Shown: piece by piece, positions 1-9,267 of the stretch
How the letters are laid out: every line of letters starts with the position of its first letter
How positions within the stretch are numbered: position 1 is the stretch's first letter
Origin: a virus
Strand: one strand, 5' to 3'
Virus record (IMG/VR): IMGVR_UViG_3300045988_181536
Location: 64,001-128,000 of that record
Length of the DNA: 64,000 nt
Program-made: the position numbers and the translations under genes
The notes under the pieces: model-generated
Told to the model about the DNA's origin: nothing
The model's database searches: none
Seen by the model: only the letters and a program-made list of their open reading frames with translations

Positions 1-11
1 TCATCGGCGAT

Positions 12-353
12 ATGCCTAGCGTTTCTAAAGCGTTGGAGGATTCCGGCAATATGGCTTCTAAATTAATTGAAGAACAGAAGCAACTGCAACTGCAGAACAA
101 AAACTATGTTACCGCAGAGGATATAATTATGTATTCGGAGTATTACAAAGAGCTATCTGAAAAATGTAAGTTGTTTGAAAATGCCGGATATAAGAAAGCC
201 TTTTTAGCGGACGCTATAGGATATGGAATGCTAAAAGGTATAAGAACTGTAGCTGATAACATTGTTTGTTCAGAGGGATCAAAAATTGCCGTTAGAGTTT
301 ATGACGCTACTGCATATTTAAATGAACAAATGCTAAAGTACTTGAATTTCTAA
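12..353 (+). CDS. hypothetical protein (possibly 5'-truncated at window edge)
   Basis: 113-aa ORF; intrinsic terminator hairpin follows at 373-414. Confidence 0.45.
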   Translation: MPSVSKALEDSGNMASKLIEEQKQLQLQNKNYVTAEDIIMYSEYYKELSEKCKLFENAGYKKAFLADAIGYGMLKGIRTVADNIVCSEGSKIAVRVYDATAYLNEQMLKYLNF

Positions 354-372
354 TATTTTAGTAGTTGTTTAA

Positions 373-414
373 TAACTGCGACTTCCTTATATGAAGTCGC
401 AGTTATTTTTTTAA
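373..414 (+). terminator. rho-independent terminator
   Basis: Inverted repeat aactgcgacttc / gaagtcgcagtt followed by a T-run. Confidence 0.6.
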
Positions 415-540
415 TTATTACTATTGAAAAAATTTAAATTTTTGCGGTATATATAATTGTGTAAGCTTTGAAGATAAATTCAGAGGATCGCGCGATGCTC
501 TTTTTTTTTAATTTTTAATTTAACCATAGCTAAAAAAAAA

Positions 541-780
541 ATGAAATATTTTAAATACTTGTTTTTATTAATATGTCCACTATTCCTTAGTAATGCCAAT
601 GCGCAAGAATCTGTAATTATTAACGGACATACGCATATTGCCGTAACAGTCTTTGTCAACGGACAACCTAAAAAGATTTGGACGCATGATCCAAATGCTT
701 GCGCAAAATGCACGCTGGATAAATTAAAAGAAACGAATCGGCAAATATTAAATCACTGGTATGGCGCTAAAAAGCCTTAG
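541..780 (+). CDS. small secreted protein with N-terminal signal peptide
   Basis: MKYFKYLFLLICPLFLSNANAQE: hydrophobic core plus an ANA-Q signal peptidase site. Confidence 0.5.
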   Translation: MKYFKYLFLLICPLFLSNANAQESVIINGHTHIAVTVFVNGQPKKIWTHDPNACAKCTLDKLKETNRQILNHWYGAKKP

Positions 781-908
781 CATGTGAAAAAATACCTTTA
801 TTTGAGGTATATATATTTAGAAAAGTATTATTAACTTTAAGATGTGAAATATTATTCGATATTTCGCATTTTTTTTACTAATAACAAAAAAAAAAGAAAA
901 GACCAAAA

Positions 909-1427
909 ATGGAAATAACTATAAATATCAATGGTAATTCTGAATATGAACTTTATAACGAGTTCATGGATAAATTACTTAAACTTCGCAAAAGTAATAA
1001 GACTGCAAAGACAACTGAGAAAAGATTTTTTTCTAAGCGCAGTCTTAGGGAACAATTTAAAACTATTCCGCCCTTCTGCATTAAAACTGCGGAATCGGTA
1101 TTTCCTGCAGAATATAAAGATATAGCAAAAGATTCCAAAAAACTTTGGCCTTTTGTTAACAATCTCAGAACTGCAAGATTTATCAAAACCTGTGGTTATA
1201 CAAAACCGAAAGGTTCAACGAGACTTTATGTCTCTTATTGCGGAGTGGACTATGATCCCGATAAAGCGTTTACAGTGGAAGCAGACGGCACAGTGTCTGT
1301 TGATCCACAGTTGCTTAATTGGAATCCATTCTCGCTTGGCGGAGATCTCGGTACGATAAAACCGGGGCACAATCTTATTATAGCAACCTCGGGTGTAATT
1401 GTTTCAAAGGAATTTGCCAATGAATAA
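909..1427 (+). CDS. hypothetical protein
   Basis: 172-aa ORF, non-overlapping. Confidence 0.5.
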   Translation: MEITININGNSEYELYNEFMDKLLKLRKSNKTAKTTEKRFFSKRSLREQFKTIPPFCIKTAESVFPAEYKDIAKDSKKLWPFVNNLRTARFIKTCGYTKPKGSTRLYVSYCGVDYDPDKAFTVEADGTVSVDPQLLNWNPFSLGGDLGTIKPGHNLIIATSGVIVSKEFANE

Positions 1428-1716
1428 CCGCAATACTTGGACTACGGCCAAGTTTCAAAAACGCTTAAAAGAATTTATGCGGGATAATCCGGATTTAACC
1501 GAATCTGAGGCCTGCAGTATTCTTGGAAAGCGTGGCGCTGAAAACCGTAAAAAATCACAACTATCACGTTGTGAAAAACAAAAGTCAGCGTCAGTGAATA
1601 TCCAAAATTTTACTGTAAATTTCTACTTGACGGAAGGTGATGGATATCACATAAAGGGAAAAATTAAAAACAAAAAATCCACTGGCAATAATGCGCAGCT
1701 GGAATTTGATTTCTAA
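1399..1716 (+). CDS. hypothetical basic protein
   Basis: 105-aa ORF overlapping the previous stop (coupled). Confidence 0.4.
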   Translation: MFQRNLPMNNRNTWTTAKFQKRLKEFMRDNPDLTESEACSILGKRGAENRKKSQLSRCEKQKSASVNIQNFTVNFYLTEGDGYHIKGKIKNKKSTGNNAQLEFDF

Positions 1717-1733
1717 TTTTTCCTTGCAATATA

Positions 1734-1804
1734 GTCGCATGGTGTAATGGTAGCACAGATGATTTTGGTTCATTTAGTCTAGGTTCAAACCCTAGTGCGA
1801 CTAT
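1734..1804 (+). tRNA. tRNA-Gln (anticodon TTG)
   Basis: Hand-folded cloverleaf: acceptor agtcgca/tgcgact, D-stem gtgt/gcac, anticodon stem gatga/tcatt with loop ttttggt, T-arm ctagg-ttcaaac-cctag. Confidence 0.75.
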
Positions 1805-1820
1805 TGTTCTTTTTCAAACG

Positions 1821-2184
1821 TCCTGGTGGCGAAACAGGTATACGCAGCAGACTTGACAATAATACAAAGGGTCGCCTACGAGAAATCGCTAGGTAAGCAT
1901 TCCGCGAATTGCTGGAACAGCCTTAGAGTCTCACAAACTACAACGTGGTTGGAAACGACGAGCGTGAAGGTTATAAAATTGTGGGAATTGGCCAATCAGC
2001 AGCCAAGGTCCGTTTAGGACAAGGTTCAGAGACTATGTACGGAACATCTAAACGATTTTATAAATCGCATGATGAAGATATAGTCCAATCAGAACATATT
2101 ATTATGGTTTGAGAAATCAAACAATCTGATGTAAAATCTGCTATCCGAAGGGATATGAGGGTTCGAGTCCCTCCCAGGACACCA
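1821..2184 (+). tRNA. tRNA-Leu (anticodon TAA) interrupted by a ~277-nt group I intron in the anticodon loop; 3' CCA encoded
   Basis: 5' exon 1821-~1854 gtcctgg-tg-gcg..cgc-a-gcaga-ct; 3' exon ~2132-2184 taaaa-tctgc, long variable arm tatccgaagggatat, T-arm gaggg-ttcgagt-ccctc, acceptor ccaggac-a-cca. The 7-bp acceptor stem gtcctgg/ccaggac only forms across the 365-nt span. Spliced loop is cttaaaa. Confidence 0.85.
1855..2131 (+). ncRNA. group I self-splicing intron (anticodon-loop insertion, trnL-UAA type)
   Basis: Canonical elements present: P-like gaattgctggaac (~1905), Q-like aatcagcagc (~1993), R gttcagagacta (2024-2035), S aagatatagtcc (2074-2085). Ends in G before the 3' exon; 5' exon ends in T. 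Confidence 0.8.
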
Positions 2185-2295
2185 ATTTTAACTTAAAACA
2201 AAAGGAGTATAATTATGGACTTCTCAACCGCTGCGTTGTTAATATTGTTCTTAGCTACATATAATATGATAGGCTAACGGCAAGATTAAATATCT

Positions 2296-2345
2296 TCATT
2301 TACAGTCTTCCTGCAGTAAGCACAGGAAGACTGTAAATTTTAATA
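2296..2345 (+). terminator. rho-independent terminator after the tRNA cluster
   Basis: tacagtcttcctg / caggaagactgta 13-bp stem followed by aatttt. Confidence 0.6.
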
Positions 2346-2390
2346 ATTAAAAAAAAGGAAATTTTTATTTCCTGATAGGAAGTTGCTAAT

Positions 2391-2726
2391 ATGAATGGAT
2401 TAAGCATAATATTGTTAGTACTTGTAATCGCCGGTATATGCACTTGGGGTATGGCCGGCATTTTTATTGTCCTAGGTTTGGCATGGTTAATTGCCTTTAC
2501 CATGGACAATATAAACAACCGCGTTGATGCAACAGCAAAAGCGCGTGAAGAAGAAGCCAGGCTGAAAGCTGAGGCTGAATATACTGTGAAAAAAGCATTT
2601 TATGATATGCGTGTTTCACAGTATAAAAAAGAGACTGCGAAACTGTTAAAAGAACAGATCGCAAAGGAGATTGCCAAGGAAGCCGACATAAATATGCCGG
2701 AGTTCTCGGAAGACTTTCCTCGTTAA
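2391..2726 (+). CDS. small membrane protein (two TM helices plus charged coiled C-tail; holin-like topology)
   Basis: N-terminal LSIILLVLVIAGICTWGMAGIFIVLGLAWLIAF then a charged C-terminus. Confidence 0.45.
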   Translation: MNGLSIILLVLVIAGICTWGMAGIFIVLGLAWLIAFTMDNINNRVDATAKAREEEARLKAEAEYTVKKAFYDMRVSQYKKETAKLLKEQIAKEIAKEADINMPEFSEDFPR

Positions 2727-2869
2727 TTTATTAACTCAATTTCTTTGGAAGGGATGGGTTAATAAAGAGTGGTTTTGGTCCCTTTCTTCCACTCACCATC
2801 CCTTCCTTCCCTTTTGGCTAAACTGGCCAAATACAACAAACAATAACAATAAAACCTAGGTAAAATCAT

Positions 2870-3394
2870 ATGGCTAAAGTATCACGTACTAAAAACTTCA
2901 TCAACTTCGTCACGGTCGCTATACGCGATCAGATGGGAAACCTCTGGATTGTCGGAAGCAACCTTCCGGATAACCATGTTCTTCAAGTAAACGAAAAACA
3001 GACCACCTCAATCCGCAAGCTGTTTATGCAGGCGGAATTAATACAATCGAGAATGCCTAAAACGGCAAACTCGGGTCTTTTCGTATTCTGCCATCACGCC
3101 TCTACAAAGGCGCCGGAGTTCTCGAAGACACTCGTCTTCCAGAAATCCAAATTGGTAGAACTTTGGCAGGGAGGTTTCCCGCAGGCTAAATCGCTTCGCA
3201 TGGCTAACAAAGTCATCGAACAATTTAAACTGCAAGGCATAACGAAGTGGCACACGTCAGACGCTATACAGTGTTTCGACGATCAAAAAGTCTTCCAGGA
3301 ATTGGGATTTAGCTCCCTGGAAGATGACGAAGAAAAAGAAGCTAAAGCCGAGTCAAATCCCGAACCCAACGACCCCGCTGAAGCTACTGCATAA
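2870..3394 (+). CDS. hypothetical protein
   Basis: 174-aa ORF; bidirectional terminator hairpin at 3410-3460. Confidence 0.5.
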   Translation: MAKVSRTKNFINFVTVAIRDQMGNLWIVGSNLPDNHVLQVNEKQTTSIRKLFMQAELIQSRMPKTANSGLFVFCHHASTKAPEFSKTLVFQKSKLVELWQGGFPQAKSLRMANKVIEQFKLQGITKWHTSDAIQCFDDQKVFQELGFSSLEDDEEKEAKAESNPEPNDPAEATA

Positions 3395-3409
3395 TTGATC
3401 TTCGGATCC

Positions 3410-3462
3410 TATAACTAACAAGGATCGGGTGTGTTATGCACCCGATCCTTATTATTTTTTTA
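3410..3462. terminator. bidirectional intrinsic terminator between convergent genes
   Basis: aggatcgggtg / cacccgatcct stem flanked by T-runs on both strands. Confidence 0.6.
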
Positions 3463-3479
3463 GCTATGGGTATATAGCA

Positions 3480-3731
3480 TTATTTTCCAAATAGTTGGAT
3501 ACACTCCCTCCATACTGCGGCAACCTTGCGGCTATATTCGCGTTTTTCGGTTTCACGTACTTTCTCCGGCAAATCCGAAGTCTTGGTTTTGGCAAAATCT
3601 TTAGTTTGCTTTTTTGTTAATTTATCCGCAACTTCTTTAGCTTTGCCGCTTAATTCATCTTCTTTATGTTGCTTTTTGGCACCATAAATCATTCCAAAAA
3701 ATCTTTGTTGTGCTTTTGATTTTGCAGGCAT
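3480..3731 (-). CDS. small basic protein (DUF3008-like, MPAKSKAQQRFF N-terminus)
   Basis: 83-aa ORF on minus strand; lysine-rich; convergent with upstream + gene. Confidence 0.5.
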   Translation of the reverse strand: MPAKSKAQQRFFGMIYGAKKQHKEDELSGKAKEVADKLTKKQTKDFAKTKTSDLPEKVRETEKREYSRKVAAVWRECIQLFGK

Positions 3732-3875
3732 AACTTCTTAAAAAAATCAGATTTTATTGTCGCGTCATTTTTAAAAATCGTCAACGGAAAAATTAGCTTA
3801 AAAAAAATAGTTGCCAAATTTCAATCATCTACAATACATTATCTCACACTAACCTAAAACTAAAAAAAACAAACT

Positions 3876-4451
3876 ATGATAAATACTGACAGTATCACAT
3901 GGTACGTGGGCTGCGTGCTTGCTGGCGTTATGGCCGCGCTTGTAGGCTGCTCACTTATAAAAGACGGTGAAACCGTAAACTGGGACAAGGTTGATACAAT
4001 CTCGTCTCTTGTACAAACAACCGCGCAGGTTTCTACCTACGCCGTATGCGTTAAAAATCCGGATCTCTCTCCCGTGTTTAAGGCGATCGGCGAAGGGCTG
4101 GTGCTAATATCAGCATCCCCCGATTCCGAGCAAATGAAACCGGAACAGATTCAGGATTATATCAAAGACCTGCTGTCTGAAAAAGAATGGGGCAGCCTTG
4201 CCGGTCAGGTAAACGGTGTTATGGATACGCTTCTGGGTATCTATGGCAATTTCATAGAAGCTAACCAGGATAAGTTTACCGACGAAGCAAAAGTTTTTGC
4301 CCGTGTGCTAAACTCGATGGGCAAGGGTCTAATATCAGGCAGTGTAGTAGACGTGGCAAGCAGCGCCAAAGCTACAGCGGATCTGGAAAAACAGAAGTCT
4401 GAGCTGATAAATAAGCTAAAGGATATGGATCTCTCCGTATCCGAGGACTAA
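3876..4451 (+). CDS. putative lipoprotein
   Basis: Signal peptide with lipobox LVGCS; terminator hairpin at 4470-4500. Confidence 0.55.
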   Translation: MINTDSITWYVGCVLAGVMAALVGCSLIKDGETVNWDKVDTISSLVQTTAQVSTYAVCVKNPDLSPVFKAIGEGLVLISASPDSEQMKPEQIQDYIKDLLSEKEWGSLAGQVNGVMDTLLGIYGNFIEANQDKFTDEAKVFARVLNSMGKGLISGSVVDVASSAKATADLEKQKSELINKLKDMDLSVSED

Positions 4452-4469
4452 TCTATAGTTAACTTGACA

Positions 4470-4500
4470 AGACGGCGTTGCAAAATACGCCGTCTTTTTT
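4470..4500 (+). terminator. rho-independent terminator
   Basis: agacggcg / cgccgtct stem followed by tttttt. Confidence 0.6.
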
Positions 4501-4770
4501 AAACTTTAAAAAGAAAGACGAAGCATGAAAAAACAAATCAACACAAAAGGTAAACGATTAAAGAAACGTGTAGTCAAAAAATTAACTGTAGATTTTTCCA
4601 ATAGGTATAATAATATTATGGATGTGGATTTTTTAATTTGCGCAAGCGCCAAATTGCCACAGGATATTTTAGAATCTAAACTCGATGGCACTATTAGTCC
4701 GATAGGCTTTGGGTGTTATAGAAAACAAAGAATTGATTATTATTAATTTAAACTAAAAACAAGGAACTAT

Positions 4771-5271
4771 ATGATCGCTGCATCTTACTTCTCTGATACA
4801 ACTTTTGCCGTTATTTTTATCACAGGCGTTATACTGCTAGTATCTTATTGTGCTGTTAAATATGCCGGATTTAATACTGCAACTCAAGGTGATGAGTTGA
4901 TTGAAGACCGTAACCATACACATCCAACTGCCGAGAAACATCCGGTAATTATTGTAAAAAGAATAACTTATACAAAATTTGTCGATCGAAAGTTTAAATT
5001 GGCTTTGTCTACAAAGCATTATAAAAAATTTGCGCAATTTAAACATAAATTAGTTTTGCATATACCCACGGACACAATGGCTGACGCAGAAAAGGAAGTT
5101 GAAATGTTTGACCATTTTCTAAAAACTTTTCCGCATGATAAAAAACGGCTATTTGGTGCGAGATTTAGTGCTGGAAACGGCGATGTAATTGTGGCGGTTG
5201 GCATGGCATCATTAAAAGATAAACAGGAATTTTTAGCAGCCTTAAGAGAACAAAACGTAATCATTCTTTAA
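4771..5271 (+). CDS. hypothetical protein (N-terminal TM segment)
   Basis: 166-aa ORF. Confidence 0.45.
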   Translation: MIAASYFSDTTFAVIFITGVILLVSYCAVKYAGFNTATQGDELIEDRNHTHPTAEKHPVIIVKRITYTKFVDRKFKLALSTKHYKKFAQFKHKLVLHIPTDTMADAEKEVEMFDHFLKTFPHDKKRLFGARFSAGNGDVIVAVGMASLKDKQEFLAALREQNVIIL

Positions 5272-5272
5272 C

Positions 5273-5962
5273 ATGCAGACTAAAAAACTTATTGTTGTTG
5301 AAGCTTGCGACGGGTGTGGAAAAACCACACTCGTTAATAATTTATGCAAACTGTTTGAAAAACGAGACGGCTTTAAACCCGTTTGTGTAAAAGAGCCTTG
5401 GGAAGGTTCGGAAATAGGCACGTTTATTCGTTCTTGGATTAAGCATGTAGATTTTTCAACCAGTGAACTAAAAAAGGAACAAGCATTATTGCTGTTCTCT
5501 GCAGCCCGACTGGAAATGTTGGAGCAATTTTTATTAAAAGAATTAGTTCGTAAAGACGATAACGATTCGCCAATCATCCTTTGCGACAGATTTGTTTTGT
5601 CTACTTGCGTTTATCAAAATCTTAAGTCAGAAGCTCCTTTGTGCTTGCCAAGGTTAACGCAAGCGATTTTAAGCACGATAGCAGATTTGCTTAAAGTTGA
5701 TTGTACGTTGTATTTGGATTTAGACGCCGAAGTCATTGTTGACAGGCTAAATAAACGCAAAGAAAAGTCCGATGTAATGGATCAAAAGGACGTAACATGG
5801 TTTAATCAATTAAGCGGAACTTACAGTCATCAAATACAAATACTTCAGCATGATTATCCCACGCTGCTTGGCATGCTGCATTATCTTGATGCAAGCAAAT
5901 ATGCCGAAGTTGTTGCGGAGGATGCTTATGCATTTTTGAAAAGACATATCCTTAAAAACTAA
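5273..5962 (+). CDS. tmk: thymidylate (dNMP) kinase
   Basis: P-loop IVVEACDGCGKTT and DRx motif LCDRFVLSTCVYQ typical of thymidylate kinases. Confidence 0.7.
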   Translation: MQTKKLIVVEACDGCGKTTLVNNLCKLFEKRDGFKPVCVKEPWEGSEIGTFIRSWIKHVDFSTSELKKEQALLLFSAARLEMLEQFLLKELVRKDDNDSPIILCDRFVLSTCVYQNLKSEAPLCLPRLTQAILSTIADLLKVDCTLYLDLDAEVIVDRLNKRKEKSDVMDQKDVTWFNQLSGTYSHQIQILQHDYPTLLGMLHYLDASKYAEVVAEDAYAFLKRHILKN

Positions 5963-5963
5963 T

Positions 5964-6659
5964 ATGCAATTTTCGCCTAAATTTTACACGAACATATTTC
6001 AACATACAATTACCATTCCAATTCCTCCGGTGCATAACAGCACGGAGAAATTTTTTATCGATTTAACTTTTACCGAATGGCAGCTTAGCGAATGGTTTAA
6101 AAATAGCTGGCATGCGACTTGGGAAAACTTAAAATCAATGTTTATTCCCGGATATAAGTTTTGCATGAATTATATCGGTATTAAGTTTACCGTTTATGAA
6201 GAAGTCTTAGACGAGCATGGGTTTCGGCAAAACAAGTTAAAATTTGAAACCAATAAAGTATTTGAAAAAGATAACCCCGAAGCGGTGTTAAACGCCATGA
6301 CAACCCTATTCGGGCCCTTGTTTTATTGCGTAAATGCTGCATCTGACCAGTGTCAAACAATATCAAAATGGGGCATATCCTTTGCAAATCAGAAAACCGA
6401 TCAACAAAATTCGGAAGAACACGTAGCTAAAAAGTCTGATTTTAGTTATGTTATGGCAATCTATACGGATCCTGAGCATCATGAAATCAGTTGGGTAATC
6501 AGCCGCACGCATAAAAATATTTATTTTGCGTTTAGATTTAGTTCAGTAGCAGATTTAAAGTCTGTTTGCAGGGAAATCGAAAACGCTTTTGCGGATTTTT
6601 TCAACAATTATTATCCGAGTTTGCGTGTGTATAAGCCGATAATTGCGCCAATTGCATGA
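5964..6659 (+). CDS. hypothetical protein
   Basis: 231-aa ORF immediately following tmk. Confidence 0.5.
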   Translation: MQFSPKFYTNIFQHTITIPIPPVHNSTEKFFIDLTFTEWQLSEWFKNSWHATWENLKSMFIPGYKFCMNYIGIKFTVYEEVLDEHGFRQNKLKFETNKVFEKDNPEAVLNAMTTLFGPLFYCVNAASDQCQTISKWGISFANQKTDQQNSEEHVAKKSDFSYVMAIYTDPEHHEISWVISRTHKNIYFAFRFSSVADLKSVCREIENAFADFFNNYYPSLRVYKPIIAPIA

Positions 6660-6775
6660 AACCGATATTAAGATCGCTGATTAACCAAGCCATCCGTGCA
6701 AAATCTATTTTACAGACGGGTCGAGCATTTCATGCCACCATCGCTTTAAAAGGAAGCAAAGTAATAGCTATCGGA

Positions 6776-8160
6776 TGTCAACTACTCACCAGATGAACTA
6801 GTGAGCTTGATTTATATGTTTAAATCAATTTTAGACACTTCATTGCTTATGCTTGTTAAATCCTTAGTAGGCTTATCAAGTCTTATTTCAGCTCCATGTC
6901 TGTAATCATCCGTTGCAGATGATAGGATTGTTAATCCTCTTGTTAAAATATTTTTAGCAGCATTAACATCTCTGTCTAAAACTGTTCCGCATTGGGGACA
7001 TACCCAAAATCTATCTTTTAAAGTTAGGCTTTGATTAATATATCCGCAATTATGACAAGTTTTTGACGAAGGGTAAAAATGGTCTATTTTAATTATCTTC
7101 TTACCTTTCCATGCTGCTTTATATTCTAATTTTTGTATCATGCTATTCCAAGAGACATCTGCAATAGCATAAGCCAATTTATGATTTTGCATCATATTTT
7201 TAACAGCTAATGTCTCTAAACAAATTACATCATATTTGTTTAACAACAAGGTACTTAGTTTATGTTGCATATCTTCACGAGAATTGGTTATCTTTTCATG
7301 AAGTTTTGCTATTTTAATTCTAAGTTTTTCTTTTCTATTAGAACCTTTTTGTTTTTTGGAAAAGTGTTTTTGAAGCTTGGATAGTTTTGATTGATATTTC
7401 TTTTGAAATTTTAAGTTGGGATATCGTTTACCATCAGATGTTATAGCAAAATCTTTAATTCCCAAATCTATGCCCACTGCTTTTGTTAAATCTGCAGCAT
7501 CAGGAATACATACGTTTTGTTCTGTTAAAATAGAAACATAATATTTGCCTGACGGTTTTTTAGAAATTGTCGCACTACAAATTTTACCTTTTAAAGGTCT
7601 ATGATTAACAAACTTTATACCGTTCTTAAATTTGGGAATATATATTTTATCATTTTTAATAGCTACATTCTGTGGAACATTAAAAGAATTGTTTCCGTCT
7701 TTACGTTTAAACTTGGGAAATTTAGACTTTTTACTAAAGAATTTTCCAAAAGCCGTTTCTAAATTTTTTAATGATTGTTGAAGGCTTTGGGAATTAACAT
7801 CTTTTAACCACACATATTCCTTTTGCTTTTTAAGTGTAGTTAGAGCTTGTGAGCAATTATTGTAATTTAAAGTCTTTTTATTTTTAAGGTAAAATTCCTG
7901 TTTCTCTTTAAGAAAGTAATTATATACAAATCGGCAATGCCCAAAATGCAATGATAATAGTTCTTTGTCTTCAGGTGAGGGGTAAAGCCTATATTTATAG
8001 GATTTGTATATTGTTTTATTCATTATTTAAGTTAAACTAAAAACTACTTAGAATCAAATAGCAACAAAAAAAAATAAGAATCTATAATAACTTAAACAAA
8101 ACCCCACCATTCATCTTACCAGACAAGCTGGTAAGTTTTCTGGTGGAAATTAATAAAATT
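6776..8160 (-). mobile_element. IS200/IS605-family (IS1341-like) element carrying only tnpB; no tnpA
   Basis: RE hairpin ctcaccagatgaactagtgag overlapping the tnpB 3' end (6796-6817); LE-like nested palindrome ccaccattcatcttaccagacaagctggtaag..ctggtgg at 8104-8150. Confidence 0.6.
6812..8023 (-). CDS. tnpB: TnpB (IS200/IS605 family OrfB, RNA-guided RuvC-like nuclease)
   Basis: N-terminal YRLYPS..ELL..FG.CRFVYN; RuvC-I GIDLGIKDFA, RuvC-II ..CLETL, Zn finger CHNCG..CPQCG, RuvC-III DRDVNAAKNI. Confidence 0.85.
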   Translation of the reverse strand: MNKTIYKSYKYRLYPSPEDKELLSLHFGHCRFVYNYFLKEKQEFYLKNKKTLNYNNCSQALTTLKKQKEYVWLKDVNSQSLQQSLKNLETAFGKFFSKKSKFPKFKRKDGNNSFNVPQNVAIKNDKIYIPKFKNGIKFVNHRPLKGKICSATISKKPSGKYYVSILTEQNVCIPDAADLTKAVGIDLGIKDFAITSDGKRYPNLKFQKKYQSKLSKLQKHFSKKQKGSNRKEKLRIKIAKLHEKITNSREDMQHKLSTLLLNKYDVICLETLAVKNMMQNHKLAYAIADVSWNSMIQKLEYKAAWKGKKIIKIDHFYPSSKTCHNCGYINQSLTLKDRFWVCPQCGTVLDRDVNAAKNILTRGLTILSSATDDYRHGAEIRLDKPTKDLTSISNEVSKIDLNI

Positions 8161-8411
8161 ACGATTGTTAACCTAAGAATTGATAACAATAACCAAGTAG
8201 CAAACGCAAAACCTTGTGTAAACTGTCAACGAGTTTTAAAACAATTTAATTTTAAACATATTTTTTATACCAATGAGCAAGGGCAATTTGAAGAGTTTAA
8301 GATTGCGGTCGAAGATTAAAGCGCCGCCGACTAAAGTACACAAAGACAAAAAGAAAGTGCAGCAATTAAGTCGCAAGAATTGGAAAAATATAATTTCAAA
8401 CGGATAATGAT

Positions 8412-8714
8412 ATGATTCAAGAAATTAAACAATTTTTCTCTACCAGAAAATTAAAGAAAGAAGCCAAGGATATTGGCATGTCTTTATCGTTTAAGCCAAG
8501 CGAATGCGGATATTATACGAATAAAGTGAGAAATCACTATTCCAACACGGGCAATGTTAATGATCCAAAAGTTACCATGCTCAGGGAAAAGCTTAGAACC
8601 GTAGTGAAAAAACAATTTGATCCTGATATGCAAGGAGATTGGGATGTTTTGGTATACCCAAAATTTAGTTTAGATAAGAAATATATAGGCTTTGAAATTC
8701 GACTAAAATTTTAA
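8412..8714 (+). CDS. hypothetical protein
   Basis: 100-aa ORF. Confidence 0.45.
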   Translation: MIQEIKQFFSTRKLKKEAKDIGMSLSFKPSECGYYTNKVRNHYSNTGNVNDPKVTMLREKLRTVVKKQFDPDMQGDWDVLVYPKFSLDKKYIGFEIRLKF

Positions 8715-8718
8715 ATTT

Positions 8719-9015
8719 ATGCTGCTAAAACTCAGGTCTAAAAACAGGAAATCACGTATAGTTTCTAAGCAAAAGCAAAAAGCAGCCAATATTAGAGAAG
8801 ATTGGCTTTGTGGATTGGAACCTCTGGAAGTTGGAAAAATCAGCAACCATAAGCTGATAACGTTAGAATTTATGGCCCGAAAAGTGTCAGGTATAGGAAA
8901 CAACAGTAAATATTGGCGCCTTTATTCAGAAGGTGATTATGAAGCAGAAATTAGAGTAGCTGCATATTTTGCAGCAATGGAAAAATCTATTCTTAAACAA
9001 TTAAACCTAATTTAA
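8719..9015 (+). CDS. hypothetical basic protein
   Basis: 98-aa ORF. Confidence 0.45.
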   Translation: MLLKLRSKNRKSRIVSKQKQKAANIREDWLCGLEPLEVGKISNHKLITLEFMARKVSGIGNNSKYWRLYSEGDYEAEIRVAAYFAAMEKSILKQLNLI

Positions 9016-9018
9016 AAC

Positions 9019-9267
9019 ATGGAAACCAACAAAAAACTATTTGAAAATATAAAATATGCCGCGCAGCTTTTGGCATTTTGCTGCGTGTTGTTACTGTTGC
9101 TGTTAGTTATGACGCCTTTAATAGGTCTGATAGGCGTTATGATTCTGGCATATGCGGTTTATCAGCGGGGTGTAAAGCAAACTGTTAAAGACTTAAAGAA
9201 AGGTTTTTCGCGGACCTTTAACCGCGATGAATCTGAAAAAGCAAACTCTGACACTATAGACGTTTGA
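9019..9267 (+). CDS. small membrane protein
   Basis: Hydrophobic stretch LLAFCCVLLLLLLVMTPLIGLIGVMILAYAV. Confidence 0.45.
   Translation: METNKKLFENIKYAAQLLAFCCVLLLLLLVMTPLIGLIGVMILAYAVYQRGVKQTVKDLKKGFSRTFNRDESEKANSDTIDV

Noticed and set aside
1826-2017. 63-aa ORF on the + strand
   Set aside because: Lies entirely inside the group I intron core; the intron is too small for a homing endonuclease and the ORF has no motifs. Treated as a chance ORF.
1821-2184. Considered tmRNA (ssrA) because of 365-nt length with tRNA-like ends and CCA
   Set aside because: No G3:U70 alanine identity pair, and no tag-peptide reading frame. The interior carries canonical group I P/Q/R/S elements, and a complete Leu anticodon arm with long variable arm is reconstituted on splicing.
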